From positions 17,112,001 through 17,176,000 of the forward strand of contig OZ193909.1 in the NCBI GenBank assembly GCA_964276515.1: a DNA stretch of 64,000 nucleotides. Direction: 5' to 3'. Numbering within the stretch: position 1 is the stretch's first letter; the number at the start of each line of letters is the position of its first letter. The translations under genes were made by a program, and so were the position numbers. This DNA is from Gordius albopunctatus (lineage: Eukaryota). Positions 45,583 to 58,031 of the stretch are shown here, piece by piece. The notes beneath the pieces are model-generated. The model was not told the DNA's origin. It saw nothing but the letters and a program-made list of their open reading frames with translations, and did not search any database.

Positions 45583-45914
45583 GGAATAATGATAAAGCGT
45601 AAAAGGAAATGTTCAAAATGCGTGGGAATTATTAATATTCCTTAATATTTTTAAGTTTATATCGGTTTTAGGTTCAAAATTCTGAGTCATTTTTTGAAAC
45701 AAAACATTTCAAGTGTAATTCTTTCTAATTCATCTATGTAGGTAATGTCTCACAAGTCCGAGGACCTCCACCTATAATAACTTCATCTTCATTTGTGAAT
45801 ACAAGCATTAGATGTAAGTTTACAAACAACACATTTCAAGTGTAATTCTTTCTAATTCATCTATGTAGGTAATGTCTCACAAGTCCAAGCCCGAGGACCT
45901 CCACCTATAATATT

Positions 45915-46330
45915 GTAAGTTTAAGAAAAATATATTATAATATGTATAGATTGTGTCTCTAGTCATCCTCAGTTTGCTCATGCCTTGCCTTCCACAATTT
46001 TTACATCTCATAGTTGTAAGTTTAGGAAAAATATATTATAATTTGTATAGATTGTGCCTCTAGTCGTCCTCAGTTTGCTCATGCCTTGCCTTCCACCATT
46101 TTTACATCCCATAGTTGTAAGTTTAAGAAAAATATATTATAATTTGTATAGATTGTGTCTCTAGTCATCCTCAGTTTGCTCATACCTTGCTTTCCACCAT
46201 TTTTACATCCCATAGTTGTAATTTTAAGAAAAATAGATTATAATTTGCATAGATTTTACATCAAGTCCTTGTCAATCTCTCCCAGCTCCTGCTTTACCTT
46301 CTACCATTTCTACATACGATAATTGTAAGT
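45915..46330 (+). repeat. 101-bp tandem repeat, each unit a 35-nt GT-AG intron plus a 66-nt exon-like segment
   Basis: Three close copies and one diverged copy, with TAG acceptors and GTAAGT/GTAATT donors. Confidence 0.8.
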
Positions 46331-46544
46331 TATTTATTTATTAAAGGATTTGCTAGTTGTAATTAAAGTTACAATTTATAAAAAAAACAAGCTTATTGTA
46401 TTAGTTAAATAAAAATTTATAATATATTATAGGCTCAATCAGGGATGCAGAAATTTTGGTTGATGTAGTGGAACGAATACAAAGCAGTCAGCAAAGTAAT
46501 AGTTATATTTTACATAATAAATTTTATTACCTTTTTTAGATATC

Positions 46545-48012
46545 ATGCGCTTTATTCCATCTGGCAAAGGTTACCTTCTTTACTTTGGTGGTTATCTGTA
46601 TTACAAAATAAGAAGAGCCCCGTCTACTACCTACTATCGGTGTAGGACGAGGAGTTGCCCTGGCAAGGCAAAAATTACAACCTCCCCCGAAGTTACTTAC
46701 GGGCATAACCATGAGCAATCTAGGGAGGAATATGAGTTTTTAATTACTGTCAGGGATTTGAAGGAGGCAGTTTTGGCAGAACCCAGGGAGAAACTGAGGA
46801 CGCTATACCATAAGATCATTGCTAGACGGTTACGCGAAGTACCTGACCTGGTATTGTATCCAAAGGCGACCCCTACATTCAAATCAATAAGGCAAACGCT
46901 CCAAAGAGTAAATCCTAAGAGAGTGAAGGACCTGGACAACAATAGGGAGATTATCTTAGATCCGGAGCATCGCTTCACCGAAAACGGTGAGAGATTCTTG
47001 CTCTGGAACTGGGATAATCGACTTATGCTTTTCGGGACACCCACGTCTCTAAAGATTATGTGTACATCCGGTAATCTTTACTCGGATGGCACATATTATG
47101 TATGCCCGCCATCGTTTAGCCAAGTAATAGCAGTTTTTAATATTAAATTTTAATTTATAGGTCTATACAATCCACACTTTTTACCGGGGACACATGATTC
47201 CCGTCGTGTATGCCCTGTTACTCGAAAAATCCTGCGAAACCTATAAAATGGTTTTGAACAAATTAAAGGAGTTGTGCCTTGAGCATAATTTTGTGTTACA
47301 ACCAAATTATGTTCAGGTTCACTTTGAAATGGCTAGTATACAAGCCCTCCGAGAATGTTTTCCAGGCGTTTTAGTGAAAGGTTTTTAATTTATTAAATAA
47401 CATATATTTAATTTAGGATGTTTATTCCATTTTGTCCAAGCTATTTTTCGAAGACTTGGGCATGAGGGAATACGGTCCGAGTACAATGAAAATCAACATT
47501 TCAAAAAATTGGTACGGCGCGCTTTAGCCCTTCCATTTTTAAAAGAACACGATGTGCTAGATGTTTTTCGATTATGTGCTTCTGACACTCTCGTTCGCTC
47601 TAACGAGAAAAGTGAAGACTTTTTTCAATATATACACCGAACCTGGGTCTGGTCAACCGCCACTTTTCCATATGAGATTTGGCAAAGGTTTAATGCTGGG
47701 GGACCCCGTACAAACAATCATTTGGATGGGTTCCATAACAGAATTAAATGCTTTGTTGGCCGGGCCCACCCCGTTATATATGATTTCATTGAATGCCTAC
47801 GTAAACAACAAACCATTACGGAAATTAATTTATTGCATATTTCTCAAGGTAAGCAGGTGTTTGCTACCAGCAAGGAATATCGCAATATTAACACCAATAT
47901 AAATAGATTGGTAAATCAATATAGCCTTAACGAAATTGATGTATATGAATTTATTGATAATATTTCTGTATATATGTATTTACAATCGCATGAATTAATT
48001 GTTGACACATAA
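46545..48012 (+). mobile_element. FLYWCH-MULE (Mutator-like) transposase gene; introns 47124-47160 and 47381-47416; probably extends upstream through further small exons
   Basis: FLYWCH (GYLY..YYRC...C...HNH), YSDGTY, QVYTIH, PVVYALL, GCLFHFVQA, RTNN motifs. Removing two GT-AG introns gives one continuous frame. Confidence 0.9.
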
Positions 48013-50214
48013 ATAAAATATATTTCTAATTATATATATATTGATATAACACGGCAAGTTATAAGTAGAGCTGTTAATAAAATAGTTATTGGAACTATTT
48101 CATTTTTTAAATTTAACAGCTTTCATTTCAGTTTAACTTTAAAAGCGCTCCCCTATGTGACTAATTTTGCTCATGACAAAAATAACTTTAATTTTATGAT
48201 TGATATAATAAGAACATATTAAATAAGGTAGGAACTATAAATTTAGAAAATTTGGCTGGAAAAAAACTTAAAAACCAAAAAATAGAGTCGTCAAACTTAA
48301 GGAAGTGTAAGCTAGAATATTATCATTTGTAATCTAAATTATTAAAGTTTAATTCCATCCAATAAAAGCCTATGCTAGATATAAATAGATTAAATGAATA
48401 CTGAGATTCTTAATACATTAGATGATTGCATGGGAAAAAAGAAAAATTGATTGATTTATTAGAATAAAGGATGTAAGACGAGAAGTTGCGGGTATATAAT
48501 TTCGATATATAAATATATGGAGTGGACGATGGCCGTGGAGAAATTTCCGTGAGATCCATCTGTTAGAATTAGTGACATCTACGAGTAATTGGAGGTGTTG
48601 GGCAAGGGGGACCGTTTGATTCTTCGTTCATGCCACCGCTGGACCAACGTGATCTAAAGATGGAAATAAAATATCCCTCCCGCCCCACACGACTAACGAG
48701 TAGAAAACAAACAAATAACTGCTTCCGCAGAACTAAATAACAAATTAAAATAACTGATTATATCATGGCAAAATGCCCGCTATTTAAACCCCGTCGATGC
48801 CCTCCTCATTTGAACGCGGCCTGCACATCTCCACTAACTTGAGGCCTGCCATTTGCATATATTCGTTTACCGAATATTTTACTCGCACACCCATTACTTT
48901 AAGCCTTATTTCTCTCACTTATTTGCATATGCGTAAAGACATCTACAACACCTTCCCCTTTTACCTTTTCCGCCACCTTTTCTTTATGGCCCAGGGAAAG
49001 TTGTTGCAGGACCTCCCCACCACCCCTCTATCGGTCTTTATTGTTACGATCTTAGGCATCGTAAATGAAGGTAAGTTTTCCTAAGATCTAATTTTGAAAA
49101 GAATCTAGCACTTTTTAGTTAAAACCTCGATTCTAAGCAGGGGTTATTAAACATCAATTGACCATCTCTAACGTTATTGACCTTCTCAATCAACATAAAC
49201 GGTATTCGACAGGCAGGACAAGCACGAGTAATAGCATCTGAGTGAATCTTTATCGAAAAAGAAACGTTATCATTTAAACGACATAATTATTCCCAAAAAT
49301 TTCCATAAACTCTATCAACGTTAAAATGCCACAGTCTCCCGACGTACTGACCATCACAATCAACCCAATTAGAGGTCGTAGGCTTATTATCGAAAACCCT
49401 TGCCCCTAAACCCGAGGTTGGCTCATTAACTGAGTCCATTGCCTCATTAATAACAACCGAGGATTTATGCATAGATGCTACCTTGAAACCGGGTGTTGCC
49501 TGGCCATCAGCATTATTAATTAAACAATTGATTTTTCTATTATACGTGGAATTTTTACAAATGTCCCAATATTATCTATTTTCTCATCGATAACGAATCA
49601 CTTTAATTCAAAACTTCCTCGCTTGCACATACTCGAACTTTAGTACTCCCTAAATTTTCATATTTGACCCGTCTAATTGTTTTACTAAAACATGACTTTT
49701 ATTAATGTGTTTAAACGGCCATAACTTTAAAAATTACATTTACTTATAAAAGCAATTGAGACCCCAGAATCGACCAAAAAGATTATTGCTTACCTTCAAT
49801 ATTTCAATAGACCACCGAAGTTTCGCCTCTATTAAAAATTATTAAACAATCTACAATTATGCCTGAAGTGCCCCAACTTATTACCATAAAAGCAATGAGG
49901 GACCGAGGCCTTGACCATGATTATTAACAACATGACAAATGTCTTGTCGATTAAAATTACATCAAAAATGAAAATGCCTCTTTTGGCCAAAACATTGCGA
50001 TTAATAACCCAAAATAAGTTAAATTATCGCGTCAATGTTTTATGTAAAATTCAAAATTAATGAAGCAAAATTTTAAGTAAGAATATATTAATAATATGTA
50101 AAATATAGCAGACTAAATGAAATTACAACGTTAAAATCCATAATATAACCAAAAATATTCTAAACGTCCTATTATAAAGTGACATAACAAAAATTAAAAT
50201 AATATTAACGAAGA

Positions 50215-52766
50215 TTTTTCCATCAGAAATAATTAAAGGATAATATTATTGAACCAATAGAGTATTCTGAGTGGGCCACCCCGTTAGTTCCCGTTAAGAA
50301 AGATGACGGTAGTATACGGGTGTGTGCTGACTATAGAATTACTATTAATAAACATGTGATTGATGTTAAATACCCCCTACCCAGAATAGAGATGGTTTTA
50401 GCTAATTTAAAAAGTTCTAAATTCTTTTCGAAGATAGACCTTAGGAATGCATACCTTCAGTTACGTGTAGATGATAAGACGTCTAAAATTTTAACAATAA
50501 ACACCGATAGAGGTTTGTTTGCTTTTAAACGATTACCGTTCGGTTTAAGTGTGTCGACGCCAATTTTTCAACGAGCAATGGCTTCTATTTTTAATAATTT
50601 AGATGGCATATTTTTCTATTTAGATGATATTTTGGTTACGGGTTCAACGCAAGCCGAGCATGACTCACGACTAATAAATGTTTTATCCTTAATTTAAAGT
50701 AAGAATTTACGTGTATCAGCGTATAAATGCATTTTTTGCACAACTGAAATAACTTATTTGGGTCATATAATAGCCGATGGCTGGGTAAAACCTAATTTAA
50801 TTAAAATTAAGGCTATAAAAAATATGCAGAGGCCTAATAATAAAAAGGAGCTATCCTCATTTTTAGGGCTTATGAATTATTATAGCAGATTTATTGATAA
50901 TTACACGAAGTTTTCGGGTCCGATAATGTTTTGTTTAAATGGGAAGATAAAGAAGATCAATGTTTTAATTATTTAAAAGATATTTTGTTAAAAGACTCTA
51001 TCTTAAAATGCTTTGATCCGGTTAAAGAGCACATCTTAAATGTTGATGCATCCAACACGGGTATAGGAGGAGCTTTATGTCAGGTCGAGGGCGGAGTTGA
51101 GTATCCTGTAATTTACTTTTCGCGTAAACTTAATGGGGCGGAACGCAATTACTCCGTGATTGAAAAAGAAGCGCTTGCTATAACTTTTGGTTTAAAACGA
51201 TGTAGGGAGTATTTAATTGGCAAGACCTTTACAGTTTTTACCGATCACAAGCCTTTAATCAATTTATCTCAAAAAATTAATACGGAATACTTAATGTCCC
51301 CGCGTTTGCAGAGGTGGTTAATAATGCTGGGTAATTTTTCTTTAACATTAAAATATCGTCAGGGAAAAAATAATTGTTTAGCAGACGTTTTGTCGCGTAT
51401 GAGTGATAATAACGATAACGCTGACGACGATATTGGGACCACGCAAACTAGTCACCATTACATTAATGTTTTAAAGATTGTTGAGTTCAACACCATTGTT
51501 AAGAGCTCTAAGACCGACCCCGATTTTATTAAAATGAAAGATATTTTATTGGGTAATGAGGATTTATTTGGAGGATAACGTAGTTAAACGAAATGAAAAA
51601 ATTGTCATACCTACCGAGCTACGTGAGGATGTTTTAAAGGTACTTCACGAAGGGCATGCAGGTATTACAAAGATGAAAGACATAGCTAGAAGGTATGTCT
51701 GGTGGCCTAAAATGACGAAAGGTAGTGAAAGACAGGTTCGACAATGTGAATGGTGCAAGGCAAAGACAGCCATGCCTCGCAGAGACAAAGCGTCGAGATG
51801 GACACGTCCTAATGAAGCTTGGGATCGCATACACATTGATTTTTTCGAACTTGATAAAAAACGCTATTTTTTAATGGTAGATGCTTTTTCGGGTTGGACT
51901 GAATTTAGAAAGGTTTTTAATATGTCTACCCTGGTAACAATTAATTTTTTAAAGGATTTAATTAGTTCGTATGGTTTTCCAATGTGCGTAGTAACCGATA
52001 ATGGTAGATCTTTTACTAGCGCCGATTTTAATAAATTTTATGAACAGTGGAAAATAAGAGATGTATTAACACCACCATATCATCCAAGTTCTAATGGACA
52101 AGTTGAGAGATATGTTGGTATAGTTAAAAAATGGATTAGGTTGTCGCAGTCTGGTAAGGACAGTACTTGGCTCTATAGATTATATCACAACATGTCTCCC
52201 AGGTATCCAGGTCGTTTACCAGTAGGCAATGAGTTTCTTAAACGTAAATTAAGATATCCGCCTGATTTTTTATGGGAATCGGATAAGGTTAATAATACTT
52301 TAACAACTACCCCTCGCTTTAAGATAGATTAGCTAGTGTGGTCACGTAACTATGCAGGTGAACCCATGTGGGTTTTGGCGCGGGTTATGGATCATATTGG
52401 TCATAAGATTTATAAAGTAAGACTTTTAGAGAGTCAGATAGAGGAAGTAAGACATTTGGAGCAATTATTGATTGCACGATGTCTAATTAATATTTTTATA
52501 TTTAGATGCGATTACAGTTATCCTGGTGCTCGGTTGAGGTGGTGGTGAGAAGAACTGCAGTCATTCGCCCTCCAGGCCCTATCCACTTGACAGTGATAAT
52601 CGGGGTGGATGGGCTCCCTAGGATAGTGGCGGTGTTCGAACCACCACCGTCGATTATGCCGGGTGTACCTAGTCCGAATGTGGGTCCGTCCATGGGAGAC
52701 CTGTGGGCAGACCCCGTAGGAAGTGTAATGGGTGCCTTCGTTGGCACGTGATGCCTATGTGTCCAG
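50215..52766 (+). mobile_element. Degenerate Ty3/Gypsy pol (RT, RNase H, integrase), 5'-truncated
   Basis: SEWATPLV, CADYR, IDLRNAY, LPFG, YLDD, VDAS, EKEALA, TDHKPL, ADVLSR, LHEGHAG, HIDF, VTDNG, SNGQVER; domain order RT-RH-IN; stops and frameshifts. Confidence 0.95.
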
Positions 52767-53273
52767 TAGAGTTGTTAAATTGCTAACTTTAGCAATGCTA
52801 ACTATGTGCTATGCTCGAGCACGAACAGTAGCTGGGTAATATGCTAGTTTAGCACAATGAGTGCTAACTGTTCGGTGCGTTCGTTTTAACAGTAGCACAT
52901 AAAAAATGCTCGAGAAGTTAGTCGAAGCAGCCAAATCTGTTAAAAAATTTAGCAGGAGCTCGAGCAGATAGTAGATTGAATTGCTTTTGTTAAACTTTTT
53001 TAGTTACTAACAAAATTTGCTCATGGTATATTATAAAGTTGTTATATTATAGTTTTATAAGAAATTAAGCATGTTGAGCATAAAATGATGGATTACACGA
53101 TAATAAGATGAGATTGTATATTTGATTTTTTACCCTACATGTAATTATATACACTTTGAGTTTTTAGGTATAAATATTTTGTACAGGTGGTTAAATTAAT
53201 ATATAGATGGGGTAAATGTCATAATCTATATTTATGATGCGATTTAAATTTATTTTTCAAATTGTGACTCACT

Positions 53274-56200
53274 CCTTTATCGTGTTGAAAATCCCACAGA
53301 CGTGGGGTACGTTTTCAGCAGCCTCTTCCATCTGAGTCGTGTGAATGCCATCCCAATTTCCATCTGTTTGACGTCCATATCCTTTTCGACCAGTCGTTTC
53401 CAGGTGGCACGTGGTCTGCCCCTTCCTCTTCTTCCAGGCACGTCCATCTCCAGCGTTCGGCGTGTGAAATCGTCTTCGTCTCTTCGTAATACATGGCCGT
53501 ACCACCGCAGTCGATTTTCTCTTAAGAAGTCCTTCGTCGCTTGTATACCCATCTTTGTCATCAAGGATTCGTTCGTCATGCGATCCAGCTTGGTGTAGCC
53601 TAAGCTCCATCGCACCATTCTCATTTCCGTGACTTGCAAGAGTTTCTCCTCCGCGCTGGTTACAGCCCATGTTTCGCTCCCGTAAAGCAAGACCGGTCGC
53701 ACGATGGTTTTGTACGCCTTGCTTTTCAACCAAATTGGTATCTTTTTGTCACACATGACACCGGAGATGCTGCGCCACTTGAGCCATACTTTCTTGATCC
53801 GAGAATGGACTTCGGCGGTACATCCTCCCTCTTGATGTAATAGCGAGCCAAGATATGTGAACTTATCAACCTCCGTGTACCTTGGACCTTCAATTTTGTG
53901 CATTTGCGGACTACCGCCCATCGTTTGCATGTAAACCGTTTTCTTCTCGCTGACCTTTAACCCGAATTCCGAGAAACGTTCTGACCATTTTTTCGCCTGA
54001 TGAAAAACCCCTTCTCTTGTTTCATCGCATAGGACAATATCGTCGGCATATAGCATAGTCCAAGGGGCTGGCTTGTGCAAGTCCTTTGTTATTGTATCCA
54101 TAATTAGATTAAACAAGAATGGGCTTAACGCTGATCCTTGATGTAGTCCGATCATTATTCGGAAGGGTTTCGTTACTCCTACTGTAGTCCTAACAGATGC
54201 AACCGCTCCATTATACATTTCCTTGATAAGTCGAACATATCCTTCGGGTATATTTCTGGCTCTAAGGGACCACCATATTAAGTCTCTCGGAACCGTATCG
54301 TAGGCCTTTTCTAAATCGATGAAGACCATGTGTAATTTCTTTCTTATGACGCCATATTTTTTCATCGTCTGCTTCAACGCAAAGATTGGGTCCATCGTTG
54401 ATTTACCGGCCACAAATCCAAACTGATTGGGCGAGAGACAAACTTCGTCATTGAGCCTTTTCACTAGCACCCTTTCTAGTAGTTTTAGTGAGTGGCAGGT
54501 CAACTTGATACCTCTAAAGTTGCCACATTCCTGCGCGTCTCCTTTACCTTTGTATATGGGTATGATCGTACTTTCCCTCCATTGGTCAGGGATACGACTC
54601 TCATACAGCATAGCGTTAAATAGGCCTGTCATTATGTCGATTCCTTCTCCTTTGCACCCAAGCCAAGCTTCGATCGGTAGATCATCGGGACCTAGCGCTT
54701 TCCCTTTCCGCATCTTCGTTAGTTGTGCTCCTATTTCATAAGCCTGAAATGGTAAAACCAAGTTCGAGTTCGGTTCCACCCTCTCTAGCGGTCTTCTATC
54801 ATTTGTTTTGTTCATCATATTTTGGAAATAATCTTTCCATCTTTTGATGACTTCCTTCGGTTTGCACAACGTTCGTCCCTCTTCGCTTTTAATGACTTTA
54901 AGTGTCCCGACATCTCGACTTTTTTTCTCCCTGATCTTTGCGAGTTTATACATGACTATGTCGCCGCCCTTGGTATCGAGCTTGTTTGCCATCTCGGTGT
55001 AAGCGTTGTTCTTCGCTATCGCGACCGCTATCTTAGCTTTGCGTTTCGCTTCACGATATGCCTCGTAGTCTTCTCCTTTCTTCGTTTTGTACCATCGTAG
55101 GTACAACGCCTTCTTTTCTTCTATAACCTCTTTGACCGAGTCATTCCACCACCATAGTTCACGCTTGTGAGCTCTGCCGCCCTTAGTTCGTCCCAATATT
55201 TGTAAGGCCGTTTCCTTTAGAACATTTGCAACGGTGCCCCACCTTTTGTTAATGTCGCCCTCCAAGCCTGCAACCTTCAAGAGCGGAGTTGCTCGAGTCT
55301 GAAACATTTCATTTGCATGATCATCCTTAAGCTTTTCGTACTTTGTCCTTGGTGTGTAGACTTTTCTCCTTACGGGAAAAATCTTTCTTGCTATATCGAG
55401 GACAACTGGCCGATGTTGTTTGGCGATTTCTTCCCCCGGTATAACCTTGCAATCTTTAACTTGCCACAAATTTATGCGCTTCACTAATATGTAGTCGACC
55501 TGTGTAAGGTGATTTCCACTACTGTACGTCGCTAAATGTTCGGTACGCTTCTGAAAGAAGGTATTCACAATGGCCATATCGTAAGCTTGCGCCATCTGTA
55601 GTAACTTCTCTCCCTCTTTATTTTTCACTCCATAGCCATGCCCGCCGTAATTTCGTTCGTACACGCCCCTTTCTTTCCCAACGTGCCCATTAAAGTCTGC
55701 TCCGATGATGAGATTCTCGTCAGGCTTCACGTAGCGTATTTCTTCTTTGAGCTTCTCATAGAATTCGTCCTTCTCGTTTTCGGAACATCCAACCTGGGGC
55801 GAATACGCACAAATAACATTGACAAGGCCGCCTTGATCCGCCAGCTTTATGCACATCAATCTATCCGAGCATCGTTTGACTTCGACTACCTTGTCCTTAA
55901 AGGAATCGCTAAGCACTATACCGACCCCGTTCTTCCGTGATGGGGAACCCGAGTAGTATAGCTTGTAACCATCTCCTAGCTCCCTGGCTTTTGTTCCATG
56001 CCACCGTGTTTCTTGTAGACACGCTATGTGTATCCTTCGTCTTTTTAGCATCTGCGCAACCTCGATGCTCTTCCCCGTCAGCGTGCCAACATTCCAGCTA
56101 GCCACTCTTGTCCGTTCGACAACTAGGTTCCTTAACCGCCTTTGTTGTGAGTGAGGCGGTGACCCTTGTATACTTTTCACATTGCACGGGTGGATGATGC

Positions 56201-56356
56201 AATGCGCGTCGTTTGGGGAGGACGCCCTAGCATTCTGGTATAAGTTCGTATTTGAAGCTGCCATGGTGTTTGGAGTTGCTTTTTACAGCCGGCTTCCGAC
56301 CTGACGCCAACCCTCCACTTTTTTCACACGGACTTGGGACCGTCGTTGGTAGTGTT
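53274..56356 (-). mobile_element. Full-length RTE LINE (3083 bp), left copy
   Basis: 15-bp TSD AAATTGTGACTCACT (53259-53273, 56357-56371); single intact ORF. Confidence 0.97.
53277..56264 (-). CDS. RTE ORF: APE endonuclease + reverse transcriptase (995 aa)
   Basis: WNVGTL, CLQETR, GADFNGHVG, QVDYIL, QHR; FIDLEKAYD, GLHQGSALSP, YADD, LLYGSETW. Confidence 0.97.
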   Translation of the reverse strand: MAASNTNLYQNARASSPNDAHCIIHPCNVKSIQGSPPHSQQRRLRNLVVERTRVASWNVGTLTGKSIEVAQMLKRRRIHIACLQETRWHGTKARELGDGYKLYYSGSPSRKNGVGIVLSDSFKDKVVEVKRCSDRLMCIKLADQGGLVNVICAYSPQVGCSENEKDEFYEKLKEEIRYVKPDENLIIGADFNGHVGKERGVYERNYGGHGYGVKNKEGEKLLQMAQAYDMAIVNTFFQKRTEHLATYSSGNHLTQVDYILVKRINLWQVKDCKVIPGEEIAKQHRPVVLDIARKIFPVRRKVYTPRTKYEKLKDDHANEMFQTRATPLLKVAGLEGDINKRWGTVANVLKETALQILGRTKGGRAHKRELWWWNDSVKEVIEEKKALYLRWYKTKKGEDYEAYREAKRKAKIAVAIAKNNAYTEMANKLDTKGGDIVMYKLAKIREKKSRDVGTLKVIKSEEGRTLCKPKEVIKRWKDYFQNMMNKTNDRRPLERVEPNSNLVLPFQAYEIGAQLTKMRKGKALGPDDLPIEAWLGCKGEGIDIMTGLFNAMLYESRIPDQWRESTIIPIYKGKGDAQECGNFRGIKLTCHSLKLLERVLVKRLNDEVCLSPNQFGFVAGKSTMDPIFALKQTMKKYGVIRKKLHMVFIDLEKAYDTVPRDLIWWSLRARNIPEGYVRLIKEMYNGAVASVRTTVGVTKPFRIMIGLHQGSALSPFLFNLIMDTITKDLHKPAPWTMLYADDIVLCDETREGVFHQAKKWSERFSEFGLKVSEKKTVYMQTMGGSPQMHKIEGPRYTEVDKFTYLGSLLHQEGGCTAEVHSRIKKVWLKWRSISGVMCDKKIPIWLKSKAYKTIVRPVLLYGSETWAVTSAEEKLLQVTEMRMVRWSLGYTKLDRMTNESLMTKMGIQATKDFLRENRLRWYGHVLRRDEDDFTRRTLEMDVPGRRGRGRPRATWKRLVEKDMDVKQMEIGMAFTRLRWKRLLKTYPTSVGFSTR

Positions 56357-56362
56357 AAATTG
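56306..56362 (-). ncRNA. Twister ribozyme at the RTE 5' end (left copy)
   Basis: Reverse complement of 59627-59683. Confidence 0.85.
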
Positions 56363-57890
56363 TGACTCACTAAGAGTCTAAAAAATGTTTTTTTACCTTT
56401 GGAATTAAGATTTTTAAAAGTTTAGCAGTCGCCCTGGTGACAAATGTCATAATCCATATTTATGATGCGATTTAAATTTTTTTTTAAATTCTGACTCACT
56501 AAGAGCTTAAAAAATGTTTTTCACCTTTGAAATTAAGATTTTTAAAAGTTTATCGGTCGCCCAGGTGACAAATGTCATAATCCATATTTATGATGCGATT
56601 TAAAATTTTTTTTAAATTCTGACTCACTAAGAGCTTAAAAAATGCTTTTCACCTTTGAAATTAAGATTTTTAAAAGTTTAGCGGTCACCCAGGTGACAAA
56701 TATCATAATCCATATTTATGATGCGATTTAAATTTTTTTTGAAATTCTGAACAACTAAGAGCTTAAAAAATGTTTTCACTATTGAAATTAAGATTTTTAA
56801 AAGTTTAGCGGTCGCCCAGGTGACAAATATATTAATCTATTTATTATCCGATTTAAATTTTTTTTTTAAATTCTGACTCATTAAGAGCTTAAAAAATGCT
56901 TTTCACTTTTGAAATTAAGATTTTTAAAAGTTTAGCGGTCGCCCAGGTGAAAAATGTCATAATCCATATTTATGATGCGATTTAAAATTTTTTTTTAAAT
57001 TCTGACTCACTAAGAGCTTAAAAAATGCTTTTCACCTTTGAAATTAAGATTTTTAAAATTTTAGCGGTCACCCAGGTGACAAATGTCATAATCCATATTT
57101 ATGATGCGATTTAAATTTTTTTTTTTAATTCTGACTCACCAAGAGCTTAAAAAATGCTTTTCACCTTTGAAATTAAGATTTTTAAAAGTTTAGCGGTCAC
57201 CCAGGTGACAAATCTCATAATCCATATTTATGATGCGATTTAAAATTTTTTTTAAATTCTGACTCACTAAGAGCTTAAAAAATGCTTTTCACCTTTGAAA
57301 TTAAGATTTTTAAAATTTTAGCAGTCCAACAGGTGACAAATATATTAATCTATTTATGATCCGATTTAAATTTTTTTTTTAAATTCCGACTCATTAAGAG
57401 CTCAAAAAATGCTTTTCACCTTTGAAATTAAGATTTTTAAAAGTTTAGCGGTCGCCCAGGTGACAAATGTCATAATCCATATTTATGATGCGATTTAAAT
57501 TTTTTTTTAAATTCTGACTCACTAAGAGCTTAAAAAATGCTTTTCACCTTTGAAATTAAGATTTTTAAAAGTTTAGCGGTCGCCCAGGTGACTAATGTCA
57601 TAATCCATATTTATGATGCGATTTAAATTTTTTTTTAAATTCTGACTCACTAAGAGCTTAAAAAATGCTTTTCACCTTTGAAATTAAGATTTTTAAAAGT
57701 TTAGCGGTCGCCCAGGTGACAAATGTCATAATCCATATTTATGATGCGATTTAAATTTTTTTTTAAATTTTGACTCACTAAGAGCTTAAAAAATGCTTTT
57801 CACCTTTGAAATTAAGATTTTTAAAATTTTAGCGGTCCAACAGGTGACAAATATATTAATCTATTTATGATCCGATTTAAAATTTTTTAA
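56357..57890. repeat. ~122-bp tandem repeat array (about 12-13 units) inside the hAT left arm
   Basis: Unit GTGACAAATGTCATAATCCATATTTATGATGCGATTTAAA...CTGACTCACTAAGAGCTTAAAAAATGCTTTTCACCTTTGAAATTAAGATTTTTAAAAGTTTAGCGGTCGCCCAG. Confidence 0.95.
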
Positions 57891-58031
57891 TTTTAACTTA
57901 TAGATGGCTAAAATAATACTAAAAATCGTCGTGGATATAATATTTACAAATTTTATTAAGTCTAATAATAAGTTTATGAAATCAATGATAAACATATAAT
58001 AGATGAAATTATAACATATTTAGGCTGTAAA

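Noticed and set aside
53269..55940. Overlapping and antisense ORFs inside the RTE copies (e.g. 154 aa at 53269-53733 and 62256-62720)
   Set aside because: Shadow frames of the RT gene; they repeat only because the element is duplicated.
56357..57890. Regular repeat array resembling a CRISPR
   Set aside because: Units are full-length tandem copies with no unique spacers; eukaryotic transposon context and no cas genes.
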